Of a DNA stretch of 64,000 bases, positions 1-13,480 are shown in pieces. The translations under genes were made by a program, and so were the position numbers. Position 1 is the stretch's first letter; each line of letters starts with the position of its first letter. The DNA comes from Chara braunii (taxonomy: Eukaryota > Plantae > Charophyceae). The stretch spans positions 181,204 to 245,203 of the forward strand of contig BFEA01000008.1 in assembly GCA_003427395.1 (NCBI GenBank). The letters run 5' to 3'. The notes below the pieces were generated by a model. It ran no database searches and was not told where the DNA came from. It saw only the letters and a list, made by a program, of their open reading frames with translations.

Positions 1-3000
1 CTATCATACCCGAGTAATCCTTGGACTTCTTCAGGGCCAGAAGTGGCTCATGGTCGGTCACCAATGTGAACTTCCGGCCATATAAGTAGGCTCGGAAGTG
101 ACTGATTCCCCACAATGCCGCATAGCATTCTCCTGTTGGAGCGGAGTAGTTCCGCTTGTAGGAGGGTACCGATTTGGACGCGTATTCCACCACGTGTTTC
201 AGGCCATCAGGTCTCACCTGAGCCAAGATCGATGAGATCGCCTCGGGCTGCCAATCGGTGATGAGAACAAAAGTTTTTCTCGGGTCCACACTTATGAGGA
301 CGGGGCTGAGATCAGAGTCGCCTTAAGTTCTCGAAAGGGCCGATCGCATTGTGGGGTCTAGATCAACGACTGATTTTTTTCAATAAGTTCGTGAGTAGTC
401 CCTCAATCGCTGCAAACCCCTTGATAAACCCTCGATAGTACGATATCAGTCCCAAAAAGGTGCGTACTTGTGTCACTGATGTTGGCACCAGCGTGTCCTT
501 CACGACTGCCACTTTCTGAGGCTCTGGCTGCAAACCCTTCTATGTAACCACGTGGCCAAGGAAGGAGATCTTCGTGAGGAAAAACTGACACTTCTCGAGA
601 GCCACCTTAAATCCAACGTCCTTCAATGTGTGCAATGTCCACTCAATGCGTTGCACGTGTCCCTCATAGGTACTTAAATACACCAGGACATCATCCATAT
701 GTGCAATCACACAATAGTTGATAATGCTCTGTATCAGCCGCATTTTTTGCACGAAGTTCTGGAAAGTCATATTCGTCGTGCGTTAAAACGTGGCTGGGGC
801 ATTGCAAATTCCTATCGGGCATCGAATTCATTGCCAAGTTCCCTCGAAAAGACCGAAGGCCGTTTTCGAGCGATCTTCCTTTCGAACGAGGAGATGGTGG
901 AACCCGTGGCGGACATCAGACTTGCTGAAAAATCGAGCACAACCAATAGCATCCAACAATTCATCAAATTGATTCCGGGGGAGGGGATACACATCCCTAA
1001 TCGTGATGTCATTCAACTTTCGGTAATCAATGCATATACAAATCCCTCCCGCTTTCTTGGGTACAATCACCACAGGGAACGACCAAGGTCCGATGGCGGG
1101 CTCAATCCATTCATCAGCTTCGAACTCCTTTACTCTTTGAAATGCGGCAAGTTGTTGCATCGAGGAGTACCGATGGGAGTGCAGTTAATGGGTGGATGAT
1201 TCCCGGTGAGGATCGCGTGTTCAATTACGTTTGACCTCCCAATATCGTTATCGTGCATACTCAATACCACAACATATCCATGCAACACATCGATTAAGGA
1301 TTTGCGGATTTCTCTGGGAACGTGACCGGGGAAGGTGGTCGTCGGTCTGTTGCCAAAGATGTCAAGCCCTATGTCGATCCAATCAAGCCCTATTGGTCGT
1401 TTGCCCTCTACGCTGGAGAACATATAGTTGTTGGTCTGGGTCGAAAAAATGGTGGCGAGCATCTGTGACTCAGTCGAGCTAATCATCTTAGTTTCCTTAG
1501 CTTCAGCATCGGTCTTGGGGTCAGTGGTGCTTGCTGCAATTTCCAACCCAGTTAGTTCCGCTATTTCCTACATTAGGTTGGGAACATCATTGATCGAAGC
1601 TTCGGCCGCTTACCTAACTAATGCGATCAGAGTGGCTGGCGTGAGCAATGGTCTCGGCGGAGAGACGAAGAGATCTAGGTATTGATTCATCTACTGATAT
1701 CTTCCTCGTAATGAAAGCGCGCCCTCGTACAGAGTACAAGGGGGTTCCAAGAAGTCAGCCATATCTGAAATTTGCAAAATGGGTTCTCCAAGAAATGATA
1801 TTGCTGGAACCTGTGTTTCTGTTAGTGTGAGAAAAGATAACGGTAGAGCAGAGCTAGGCTCGCTTCTTTCTGTGTTTAGACCAAACGTTCACGTGATAGT
1901 TGGAATCATCCGGAATTCCTCTTTAGCCTCATGAATGAACAACTCTACCAACTGACTTGATTTCTTCGAGGTGGGCATATGATTTAATAGCTCAGCGTAA
2001 TCTCGTTTGTCATATTCATCATCCACGGAATGACTTTGGTCCACGTCACTGCTTTCAGAAGAATTTTCTTCTTGACTCGGGACTTGGATCATTCCTATCC
2101 GGAATTTCGAGTTGGTGAGGTTGGGATTCTTTCTCGGCGATCGAGTGGAAACTCGCAGCGAAACAGTTTGAGGCTTTCCTCCAGTGTGTGTAAGGATAAG
2201 TTGTTTGGAATCGAAATGTATTCGCGCACCCACAGCCATCACCCAAGGTATTGCCAACAGTACTGAGTATGACTGCACATCGATGATTAACGAGGTAACC
2301 AGGACATGCACTCTTCCTACCTTGACGACTACATTCTCAATAATTCGTACTATATTCATGGTTTCCTCATCAGCAGAGACGTAGCTGTCTTTCTAGGGCA
2401 ATGGAAGGATCGAGTTTAATCGTCCAATTTTTCAGACAGTTTCCAAGGGCATTGCCACAGCAGATGATCCGTTATCAATGAGAGCATTGAACGGTTTACC
2501 CCACACTTCGCAATCACGTTTTGCACTCTTCCACAGAACCGATCGAACACGGACAAAGTAATCCTTCTCTGCATACGAGATGGTGGCAACCCAAGCAGTT
2601 TCATGTACGTCCGACACTCTCCCGATGGATACTGGTTCCGGTGGAGGAAAGACCAATTCGGCTTCTTCGTCCTTCTTCTTCGTCATTATCCTCTGAACAC
2701 GTTGATACGTGAATCGTTTCTGATTCTTCTGGCACTGTTGAAGAAGTTTATCATTCGCAGCCTCGGATATGGTTAGCAAATGACCCACTGGGACACAAAC
2801 TCAGATATCCAACTGCTTAAGTGTATATAGGACGTCGATTTCTCCTATTCGAAACTAAGGATCGGGTTCTGATCCCTGTTTAACCCGTTCAAGCTCGTCT
2901 TTGTCAGATCGGATTGCTCCGATTAGTCTTGCTAATTGGAGGTACTCTGTTGGATCAACTGCATCGGTCGCTTCGAAAGAGGATCCCGAAGTAAACACGA

Positions 3001-3621
3001 TAGGTTCCTGCAAAGAAGACGGATCTGAAGAGGAAGAGTTAGGTTCCCTATGTCTTGTTGCTTCTAACAACGTGGCGACCCGCCCTTGATTCATGGCATC
3101 GGGCGCGGCTGCAGGTGGAGGTTGATTGCGTTTTGGCAGGAGGCAATCCCGTGAAAAGTGTCTGGGTTGCTTACAACTGTAGCATTCAATCCTGCCTGGT
3201 TGGTTGGTCACATGATGTGGGGCATGGGGAGCTTGTCCGGAAGCTGGAGGAGCATGCAACAAAGGATACGAAGGAGGGGCGGGACGCAGAGAACTTGAGT
3301 TAGCACTCATTAGTTTCTTCAAGATTTGTTCTAATCGATCCATCTGAGAAGTCTGCGTTTGAATCAGATTGTTCATCCACTCAGATTGTCTGGTCGTGGC
3401 GGTATAAAATCATTTGAGCCAAATGCAGATTGGTGATGGGTACAGGCGCGGTCGACTGAGGCATGACAGTATTTTCAGGTACCATCTTTGGAGGAGGAGG
3501 AGGGGCGAAAGATAGGGGCGAGGAGCTGGGTGCTAGAAAGGTCCGTCCTGATAATCGTGATCTGGGCGAGGGTAGAATCGCCCCACTGATTTGAGTCATG
3601 AACGTCGTTTGACAGCCACAT
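1..3621 (-). pseudogene. E1 gag C-terminus and pol (zinc knuckle, aspartic protease, RT, RNase H), disrupted by frameshifts and stops
   Basis: Zinc knuckle CYSCKQPRHFSRDC (ORF 2855-3376). Protease ALIDNGSS (ORF 2432-2788). RT CIDYRKLN..YPLP (828-1160) and HMDD (540-770). Bases 1-330 match the E2 RNase H region. Confidence 0.9.
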
Positions 3622-6279
3622 TGTCGGACCGGGCGCAAATACCCTTACAAGGGTAACCTCCCTGGTTCTTGCAAACGACAAGAAATAAGTTTGATTTGAA
3701 ATTTAAGTATACCGCGCGAGGTGCGGCTATGTCAGTGGTTTATGTTGAGGGCATGGTTTACTGGAGTAGAGAGTGTGTGGGTGCGCGGACTTGAGGCGCG
3801 CATTATCGTTTTAATTGTTGATGAATGAAGAACCAGCGTGATCGCCTGCCATATTTTTATTTATGATTAAGCTAGGATTAAAAAGATGTTGTATCGTAAT
3901 TGGTACGCTTGCCTGTGACTTGTGCGTAGCGCGAGGGGACGGAGGGGTTGAGGGCCCGGTGGCTGGTGGGGCTATCCCTCTAGGGTTTTGTCGTCAGCGG
4001 AGTCAGAGCGGTGCTAGCAGTTCTTTTTTCCTCGTTTGTCGTTCTCTGGCGGCTAAGAACGTCGTTAGTATCTATTTTTTATGCCTTAACTTTTCATAAG
4101 TCAGAGGTGACACCGGCCACGGGTGGCCGTCACGGCAGTCAAGGACCTTGAGCACGCATCTCTTTTGGCGGGCCCATGTTTGTTGCTGGGTGTTCGGGAT
4201 ACTGGTGAAATTCCTCTATCCTGCTTGTCACTGAAAACAGGGACCGAGGAGCTCAACGTATATACGAGCCCGCCGGCGATCGGCTCACAAAACGGAGAAA
4301 AATTCGAGTGGAAGGAGCCTTTTTGCAGATGCTGAGTTCGCCATCCATGATCTACTGTGAAAGGTTTGGGTGTGAGCAGGCCTACTGAGGTTCGACAGCA
4401 GGGGATAGATTCACGAAAAAACAATGAATAGTTCCTCGTTTGAGTAGAAGATTCATTCTAATTTTTACTTGTTGTATGGGAGAAAGATCCATGCTTGCTT
4501 TGGGACTAGCACAACTGATTGGATTGAGTAGCAATCCGGCTAGCTGGTGGAACTCAAAGGGAGGCGCGTCGAATGAAAAGGAGAAGGAGATAGCGGGAGA
4601 CTAGAGGTCAGAAAGCAGAGGCGAGTGAGGAAAGGCAAAGTCGAGCATGTATTTTTTCATGCTCTAGAGGGAGGTCCTTTCATACTTGGTATGTATGGCA
4701 AACAGCGAGGCGCGACTTGTAGTTGCGCACATCAGCTCATCGTCATAACCCGTCTCTTCGAGGTGGTCGGCATCGGCTTCTTGTTTTAATCGAATCCATT
4801 GTTGGGGCTCGTGTTCCGGGTCCTTTCGAACCTGATCACGCTAAGTGGCCAGATGCCCTTATGGGAAAATGAGAAGCAGTCAGGAAGATAAAATTTAGTC
4901 TCGCTTACCTTTATCTGAAGCCATATGAACCTGGCCGAGAGCATGATCAGGTGCGATAGTCGAAGGAAAGGATAAGATATTCCCCCGACGTCTATACTGC
5001 CTGGGTGATTCGACAATTGTGAGTCTCGTTCCAAAAGTTAGGTTATCCATATCTGAGCGTGAAAACTCTACATTGGATCACTGAGTTGTTATGTTTTATT
5101 GTGCTCCTGCTAAGCGGTGTTGAGCATCACTGCGTCCTGCGTATTGATGCATTTGGGTATTACTTCTGCATGCTATTGTTGCTACGAGGCAGTTGTTACG
5201 AGCGGTTTACCACCATAATGAGGTGTTGTTGCTTATGGTAGCAGCAAACTGTCATTGATAGTGCTGGCCCGCCTATATGTCGCGTTCAAGGTAAATTTAC
5301 TGTGGTGTCGGCTGGATGGTTGATGTGTCAAAGTCGTGCCAATGTTTCGCTACAGCTAGTTTCATGCGCGACAATTGGTGGGACCATGCTATTTGATTCC
5401 CAACTTTTCATGTGACCGGGAGTCAGTGAGTTTCCATTGCGAACAGTTGGCCAATGCGTTGGTCAGCTGACCGCACTAAAGTAACTGAAAGCGAGCCACG
5501 AGGTAGGAAACTCGCCTATAGCAAACACATTTGGGGCCGTAAAACATTGAAATCGGGGGGGATGTATTCTACCTGATTGCAACTATCGTAAGCGACATAG
5601 TGAAAGGTGGAAGGGCGAAGCTGCAACAGATTAGCCGTGGGAGTTGCTGATCCGTACGTTGACCGATGTGCCATTGTTCCACTAAGGTGAACTAGTTACG
5701 GTTTACGGAAAGAGAGAAAGAGAGTAAGAATAGAGGTACTTACCGAGCAAGGTTGGAGCGGCAAATAGGTTGAGTAGTTAGAAAGTGGGAGTATTGTTGC
5801 ATTTTGGAAAGTCGTCAGGAAGTCAACGGTTGGTGACTTGACTTCAGTTGGTCAAACTGCTGCGTTTTTTACCATCATTGAGGGACCCTCGGGCGATGGA
5901 AGATATCAAGGCCCTCTCCCGCGAGTCTGAGAGCACCTCCCTTGGATCTGAGAGACTTAATGCTTCTTCTTCTGCCCTTCTGACTCTAAGTCTAGTCTAT
6001 TGGTTCTGAGGGGAAGGCGGCAGGCGGGATTGCAACCCGTAGGACTGCATCAAGACTCTGTGGGGAGTCTGCGCACATATTGCAGGAGCTCTGCCAGAAC
6101 TCAGGAGGAGTTCTGGAGGCGGGGAACCATCAGGTATCTCCTTCTGTCTGTATAATCTCACTATACACCTGTTTGACTATCTCCCTCTAGTTTGACTGTT
6201 CTATGCATGTGTTCCCCTATGACTTTTGTTTTTTTTTCGGGATCTAATCAGAATGAAAGGAAGGAACGTGTGTGAGCGA

Positions 6280-9200
6280 TGTCGGGACAGAAACCCCTAT
6301 GAGGGTTTCTGCCCGAGTTTTTCAAGGTCGGACACTGACCGACTTTTTTTGTCAAGAAAAGTGATGAGATTGACATTGTCAAAGTTTATTCATACCAACC
6401 TAATATGTTTGAAGTTGATGACGTTGAGGCATGATGACGGTAACGTTGCTTGCGTTATTAACGTCATTGGCACCGTCAACATGCGGTGACCTTAATGTAG
6501 GGCGCCGTTGACATCCGGTTGAAGCAGCAGTATTGGAGGGAATCACCATTGGCCGCATTCGACAGAGCCATAGGTGTGTGCGGCAGTGGGGAGATTGGGA
6601 TTAAACACACACCACCTCAAAAGTGGCACGCGTGGCCGTAGGCCGCGGGGTTTTAGGGCTTGGAAGGGCTCCACAGGGGAGTGCGCCGTGTCCATGGTGG
6701 TGGCATGCGTGCTAGGTCGACGGGGTGCCACCATGCGGATAGCGCTGCGCCCGGTCCGCGATTGGGGACATTAAGGGGTACGGGCAAGGCCTGTGTGGGG
6801 CCACGTAAGAGTATGAGGGGCTGAGCTCTTCATATAGAAGAGCAACGCCCATTCCTATGTGGAATAGGAGCCAGCCTTGTAGGTTATAGCATCAGACTCT
6901 CGCCCTGCAGATGCAGGGATCAAATCTGCGCGTGACTCTGGGCTGGCTCCTTTTGGAGCAGCCCATACGGTGAGGCCTAATGTCGGCCGCTGTGGGGACT
7001 CGAACTCGAGTCTGTGTTTCAACAGTTCGTGGGCATGCCACGAGGGGATGTGACTGTTGGCAAAGCCAACAGAATAACAAAAAAAATAATAATAATAAAT
7101 AAATAAAATCTAGCTAAAGAGGTGCTCCATGTGGCGCATGGGGATCTGATAGTGACTTGAAGTCCCTGAAAAGGAGGAAACGGCCAGGTAAGTGTTTTTC
7201 GTTTTACTTTGTTTTTGTGGATTTTTGTGTTTCTTTTTCTTTTTGGGTCTTGCCCTCGTCCATGCAGCCGTTCGTTTTGATGAGTGAGCTGCTGGGCCGA
7301 GGTCCTACTAGCAAAAAGGGTAGGATCGAGCTCCTGAATCTGGATGTGTTTTATACAGAGATGCGGAAAAGCAGTTCAATCTCGACTTTCTGCACATCTC
7401 CGTAATCTTCGTCCAGGTTCAGGCATTCGATTCGTTTCCCTTTGCTAGTGGAACCACGCCTGGGGATTGGCTGCTCGTGGCTGAAAAGCCACGAGATATG
7501 AGGNNNNNNNNNNNNNNNNNNNNNNNNNNNNNNNNNNNNNNNNNNNNNNNNNNNNNNNNNNNNNNNNNNNNNNNNNNNNNNNNNNNNNNNNNNNNNNNNN
7601 NNNNNNNNNNNNNNNNNNNNNNNNNNNNNNNNNNNNNNNNNNNNNNNNNNAAAAAAAAAAAACTAGAGTTGGAGCACCACTTGATGCTCTTTGAACTGCC
7701 TGGGGCACTTCAGCCCCGGTGCACTTGGTAGTCACCCATGGAAACGGGTGACCGTTTTCTGCAGAGAGGTGAGCTTAATCGTTTTCTGATTTTTTTTTTT
7801 TTTTTTAGATTTTCATTAGATTTAGGTTCTTAATTTTTTTTTTAGATTTTTTATTTTTGCTCTGTGCCCGTTCGTTTTTTGACGAATGGGCTGCCCCTTT
7901 GGTATGGGGTAAGCACAGTCGAGTGGACTTGCCCCTAAAACAAGGAACTGTCCATTCAGACCGTGTGTGTGTGTGTGTGTGTGTGTGTGTAGGAACCAAT
8001 ACCTGCCTGCGCCCTTTCGCTGAGGAAAACGGCCAGCAGGATTCTTAGCCTTGGAACCTGGCACCTATGGCGCCCAGGTTCGGGCGCCTGCTGCAGCAGG
8101 GGTGAGAGGACCCTTTTGAGCTTGACTCTAGGTCTACTCTGTGAAATGACTTGGGGAGGGGTGGCTGTTCGTTTCANGGGCGCCTGCTGCAGCAGGGGTG
8201 AGAGGACCCTTTTGAGCTTGACTCTAGGTCTACTCTGTGAAATGACTTGGGGAGGGGTGGCTGTTCGTTTCAGACAGCAAGCTGCCCCTGTACAGAGAAA
8301 CGAGGGGGTAGAAGAGAAAAAAGAAGAGAAAAGAAGAGGGGGGGGACTGAGGTAAAACGAGGCTGCTAGAGCAGCAGCAAAAATAAAAGAAATAACGTGC
8401 CTGGTCACTGTCGGGGCCAGGTTCCCAAACGGTTTGCTGCACTTGGTGTGCAAACTAGCAAGGGAGCTTGCACCGAATATGGCCCGCGTTGAGAGAGAAA
8501 GAGGGCACCTTTTTTAATTTTTTGCTTGAACCTGGCCGTTGTGGGGGCCATGTTCCCTCTTGTGCAGCAAACCGCACCTGCACCTTGTGCAGCAAACCGG
8601 CTAAGAGTCTGGCTCTGAACTTGGTCAGGTCTAGGAGAAGGTGCACTGCTGAGGTTGAACCTCAGCAGTAGCAGACCAACAAGGGTTGTGGCTGGATACA
8701 TCCCCCCTTTGCTGGTTTTACAGCAGGAAAAGGGCCAGGTCCTTTTTTTTATGAGTGGGCCTGGCCATTTCCGCTGTGTGGGGCTGGTATAGGGCCCAGC
8801 CTGAGCTCGAATTTTTGGCTAAGAGCTCAGGCTGCTACCACTACCTCCCACAACTATAAAAGCAGCCAGCAAGCAGCCAGCCAGCAATCATTTGTGGCTC
8901 GTGCTGCTAGCAATTCACTTGAGTGAATGCTGGCCTGCTGCTGCTGGGAGGAGCTGCTAGTGAGAGGAGGGGGAACTGCTGCTGGCTGAAGAGGAGGTCT
9001 GCAAGCGAGGGAGGAAGAGAACTGCTGGAGGTGGCCATAGTTGTGGAACACAGCCATAGCCGCCATCTCAGCAAGGTGAAGAGAGAGGGAAGCGCTGGAG
9101 GTCTGCAGGGAGCATGAGAGTGAGGGCAGCCATAGCTGCCGCTGCAGCTGGTGGAGCGCAGGGGAAACTCTGCCCGTTTTGCACGACAGCTGCAGGGTTT

Positions 9201-11661
9201 TTGGCAAGCGGTGCAGGGGAAACTCTACCCGTCTTGCACGGCGGCGGCGAGTCTTCGGCAAGCAGTGCAGGGGAAACTCTGCCTGTTTGGCACGGCAACG
9301 GCAGCGCTTTTTGACGGTGACGCGGAAGCACTGCCGGTTTGTTTTTGCGGCAGCGGCAGTGCGTTCTAGGTAGTGACTTGGAAGCGCTGCGATTTTTTTG
9401 CGGCGGCAGCGCGGTCTTGACGGCGGTGGTGCGGAAGCGCTGCCAATTTTTTTTGCGGCGGCAGCGCTGAGATTTTGGTGGTGACACGGAGGTGCTGTCG
9501 AAATCTTCCTGCGTCGACGGTGTTTTTTTTGGCAGCGACGCGGACGTGCTGTTGAACTTTTGCAGCGGCAGCAGCACGTTCTGGGTGGTAACGTGGAAGC
9601 GCTTAGACTGTGAGGGGCATTTTGTGGCAGCATGTTCTGGTATTGTTGGCAACGACGTGGTGGTGCGGTTGGTGGCGGCGACGCTGAGACGCCGTCAGAT
9701 TACTGGGAGGTGGTTGCGTGTTGAGAGGGTGTCGCGGCAAGCGACCGTACTAGGAAGTGGTGTAGAGCGTTTTGCGGGCGACTTGCTGTGACGATTGTCT
9801 TCTCTGAAGTGTGATTTTACACAGTCTTCTTGAGTGGGCCGTCTCTTCAACTTCACTCAAGGTCAGTTTGACTCAGACCCTTCACACTTGTGTGAACCTG
9901 CACTTGCTCGACCTTGTCCTTTCAACGTTCATTGAAAAGGTAGAGGGGATGTGTGTTTACGTGGGCGAATGAAAGTCTGACGCGAGTTTGGGATTGCATT
10001 GTCCTCTTTTTAAATTGTTGTTTCCTCTGATGTGCAGGTAGGTAGAAGGATGCTTGGGGAAAAAAAAAGTGGGACCTATTCATGTCAATGGAAGTGAATG
10101 GAAGGGTGGTTGTCTTCTATTTTCTCACCTGCATGCATGTTGAAAGGAAAGGCAACCAGTAGACGACGAAAAAAAAATTGATCACACAAAGAAGAGGAAA
10201 TGAATTGGGCATAGACTTTTTTTCTAACGTTACTCATTCTGTCCCGAATGACCCTCTCTGCCTATGCCACCGACTGATTGATTCTCTCTTTTCTTGTCTA
10301 GGTTCGCCCTTGACGTCAGGCGACAAAGGGCTTCGTTGCCTTAGGGGCCGACCCTGTTAACGACTCGGAGTGGACCGCTTAGGCGGGGGGATACCATGCT
10401 GTCGTGGTGGAGCCAGCCCGACTTCTGAGATTCGAGGTTCGCTCGGGCGAGGACGAGGGGTATCCTTGACCACCTCCTAGGGGATGGACGTGTGCTATTC
10501 ACGGAAGGCGCTAAGTATTTGGCGGCTCACGTTGAGAAGAACCGTTGAAGTTTACCCTTCTAGTGGCCGACTTAGGAGCCACAGACGAATGGGGAGTTGG
10601 CGCCATAAGAAGCCCAGCTCGTGTTTTCACTAGCTATGGACGAAGTGCGACTAGGCACTACCTTCGCGGATAGGGTTGCACCATAAGAAGTGCAAGCCCG
10701 GGATAATCAGGCTAGTTGACAGCGGAATGTGGCTAGAGCACTGCTTTGAATGCCCTTATGTCAAAGGCGGGTACTTCGTCATTCGTGGAACAAAAAGACT
10801 AATTATCGCTCAGAAGGACAAAGCGACCAACAAAATTTAAAGGTGGGTACTTGATCTTAATGGGGCATCAAGTGTTTGATTGTTCAAGACAGTCGCTGAC
10901 TTGGATAGTGGTATCCAGATCACTTGCAAATGGCATTCACACCAAAGTTAGAGTGGGAGCATAGTCACCACTGGTGCGATGGCATCCTAGCTTTACTTGA
11001 GGATTGAGAATTGTCTGTGCTTTTATTCTAGCAGTCGGTATAGGGCGGGATGAAAGAACTTGGCAATGCATCTCATCAAGGCNANANTNGTGACANCCCA
11101 AACGAGTGATATGTATGATTGTATCGATTTCAGAAAATCAGTCAGCTTACCTGACATGAGTCTTTTTTTACTCTTAATTGTCTTTGAAAGAAGGGACTAG
11201 GATCACTAGAAGTCTCCTTACGCTTGGAATATCACGTCCTAGTCGACCGACGTCGGTCCGATTCCTGGGAGATCAGCGCCCCAGGGACGGGCGACGTTCG
11301 GGTCCACTTTGGCATTTAACCATGCGTACTTATGCTACAGCGAACGAGCAAACGCCCTCGGCTGGCCAACCTCTGCAATTGCATTATAGAAGCCTTCGCA
11401 TGTGGGTCAGTAGCTCGGCGGGGATACGCCCCTAAGGGTGGTGACAGCCCCTTAGGGAAGGTAAGTTGTGCCCCGCGAGAACCTATCCTGTCGTAGGGGA
11501 CCGTGGGATGTACAGCTGGCGCACTCGGCCGGAGCGGCGAAGGGTCGACGCGGGTTACTGTGTCATCGCGGAGTTATCTCTAAAAAGTCAAAAGTCTAAG
11601 TTTCTCCTGCCTGACGCGGCCGGGAGGTCCCTCGCTCGCGCGGGGGTCGATGCGCTCGACA
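6280..11661. mobile_element. Nested 5.4-kb solo-LTR-like element of the related TGTCG..CGACA family
   Basis: TGTCG at 6280, CGACA at 11661, perfect TSD GCGA (6276-6279 / 11662-11665). Its last ~420 bp align with 14748-15151. Confidence 0.8.
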
Positions 11662-11775
11662 GCGAGTCTTAAGTTTCTCCTTTATTTTGATTGGAAGCAG
11701 ATTAAGGGATGAACTGGGGGAAAGTGGGAGGAAGGTAGTTTACATGCGTTTTGACTGGGTCAACCAAGCACTGAA

Positions 11776-12528
11776 TATTGTTTTTAAGCTGAATGGTCCA
11801 AGGCTATGTTTATTTGGTTGTTTTCTGAAGGATCAGACATTGTTTCTAAGTTGAATGACCTGGTTGCTATGTTTATTTCTGAGGGTTTGTCTGACTGATC
11901 TTTAGGACCAAGCATTGTTTCTAAGTAAATGGTTTGGTCTGTCTATTTTTTTTTGGGGGGGGGAGGGTTCTAACTGAAGTTGGGCTGAAGAATCCAACTT
12001 CATGCTTTCAATGATTTGAGGATAGGTTGAACATTGTTTCTAAGTTGAATGGTTCAAACATTTGTTTTATTTATCGGGGAGGATTTTTTATCTAAGGTTA
12101 AGCATTGTTTCTAAGTTGAATGATTTAGCTTGAAACCACGTACATAAGTATAAACTAAGTATAACATAAAATACTTTATTTATATTTGCATGTGAACTGT
12201 CAATTAGACATTGTTTCTAAATTGAATGGTTCAGCGCTAAGCCATATCACTAAGAAGAGAAGGAAAACCACAAAATATAATTGGAAGTAATCTGGGCAAG
12301 TTGAGCATTGTTTCTAAGCTGAATGGCTCAATCCCCTGCCCATATTTTAATTTATTTTTGAGAACAAAGTCAGAAAGTATTAAATTTTGAATATTAAACA
12401 GTTTCAGGCGACTAAACATTGTTTCTAAGCTGAATGGTCTACTCATTAAGAAAAAGATAAAAGTAGTTGTGCAACATGTTTGTGTATATTTTAAGGGATG
12501 TTAAACATTGTTTCTAAGTTGAATGGTC
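11776..12528 (+). repeat. Array of nine ~21-bp repeats CATTGTTTCTAAGYTGAATGG separated by non-repetitive spacers
   Basis: Copies start at 11776, 11838, 11913, 12032, 12103, 12209, 12306, 12417 and 12506. Confidence 0.9.
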
Positions 12529-12909
12529 TAGCACTATGTCATACGTAAGTTGGTTGCAAGAGGTAAATCATCCGAGGGTTTCATGAACTATTTATGAGGA
12601 TTTGACTTGGGGCAGGTAAGAGTACTTACCTTTGTGGTTAGACCTTGCATGTGGTTGAGTGATATTACTACTTGGTCTGAGTTTCGGTTGACAGGTAGTT
12701 GCTTTAGTTGTTCGCCACGTGCCTAAGCGGTAGGAGTTAGTTCAATTTCTGCATTTTTTTAGCTAATTTTTTTTACTTAGATCAATTTTCGAAGTTATTC
12801 GCCACGTGCCTGAGCGATAGGAGTCAGTTCAATTTTTGCATTTTCTTAGCAAATTTTTTTTACTTAGATCAATTTCCGCATTTTTTTGGATAATTTCTTA
12901 TATTTGGCT

Positions 12910-13480
12910 TTGTATAAATCTTGCTAAGCCACTTATTCTACGGGAAACGTTGCTGAAATTTCTACAAATCTAAGGAGTTAATCGGATTTTGACTTTTCAA
13001 AGTTCAATTTGTCTAAATTTTGTATATGACTTAGTAAAAATCTGGAAAGTCTCCTTTTCTTAAGGGAGTGCTGCCAAAATTCTTACTGATTCAGGGAGTT
13101 AGACAAAATTGGACCTTGAAAAATCAAAGTTATGTTAGATTATGAACTTAGTTTTGTACAAATCTTGGAACAACATTTTTTTTAAAGGGAGTGTTGCCGA
13201 AATTTTTATAAATCTAAGGAGTTGGTTAAATTTTGTCTTAGTTGAAGTCAAGTTTTGGTTTTGGGTTTATATCTGACGTAGTATAAATCTGAAAAGTCTA
13301 CTTTTCTAAAGGAGATGTTGCCCAAATTTTACTAATTCAGGGATTTAAACAAAACTTTATTTTTTCAGTGTTAGAGGTTATTTCTGTTTTCATACTTAAG
13401 CTAGTATAAAATCTGAAAAGACACTTTACCTATAGGAAGCGCTGCCGAAATTTTCTTAGTTTAGAGGAGATTGATTATAT
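12910..13480 (+). repeat. Degenerate ~122-bp tandem repeat, about 5 units
   Basis: Recurrent GTA(T/C/A)AAATCT..GGGAGTGTTGCCGAAATT..GGAGTT at about 12912, 13035, 13156, 13281 and 13404. Confidence 0.75.

Noticed and set aside
8081-8272. ~96-bp tandem duplication
   Set aside because: The copies are identical and separated by a single N, so it is likely a contig-join artefact.
8854-9652. 259-aa and 194-aa ORFs
   Set aside because: They arise from a GC-rich degenerate repeat and have no domain signature.
11776-12528. CRISPR array
   Set aside because: Spacer lengths vary from about 40 to 100 bp, there are no cas genes, and the context is a eukaryotic TE. Kept only as a motif array.
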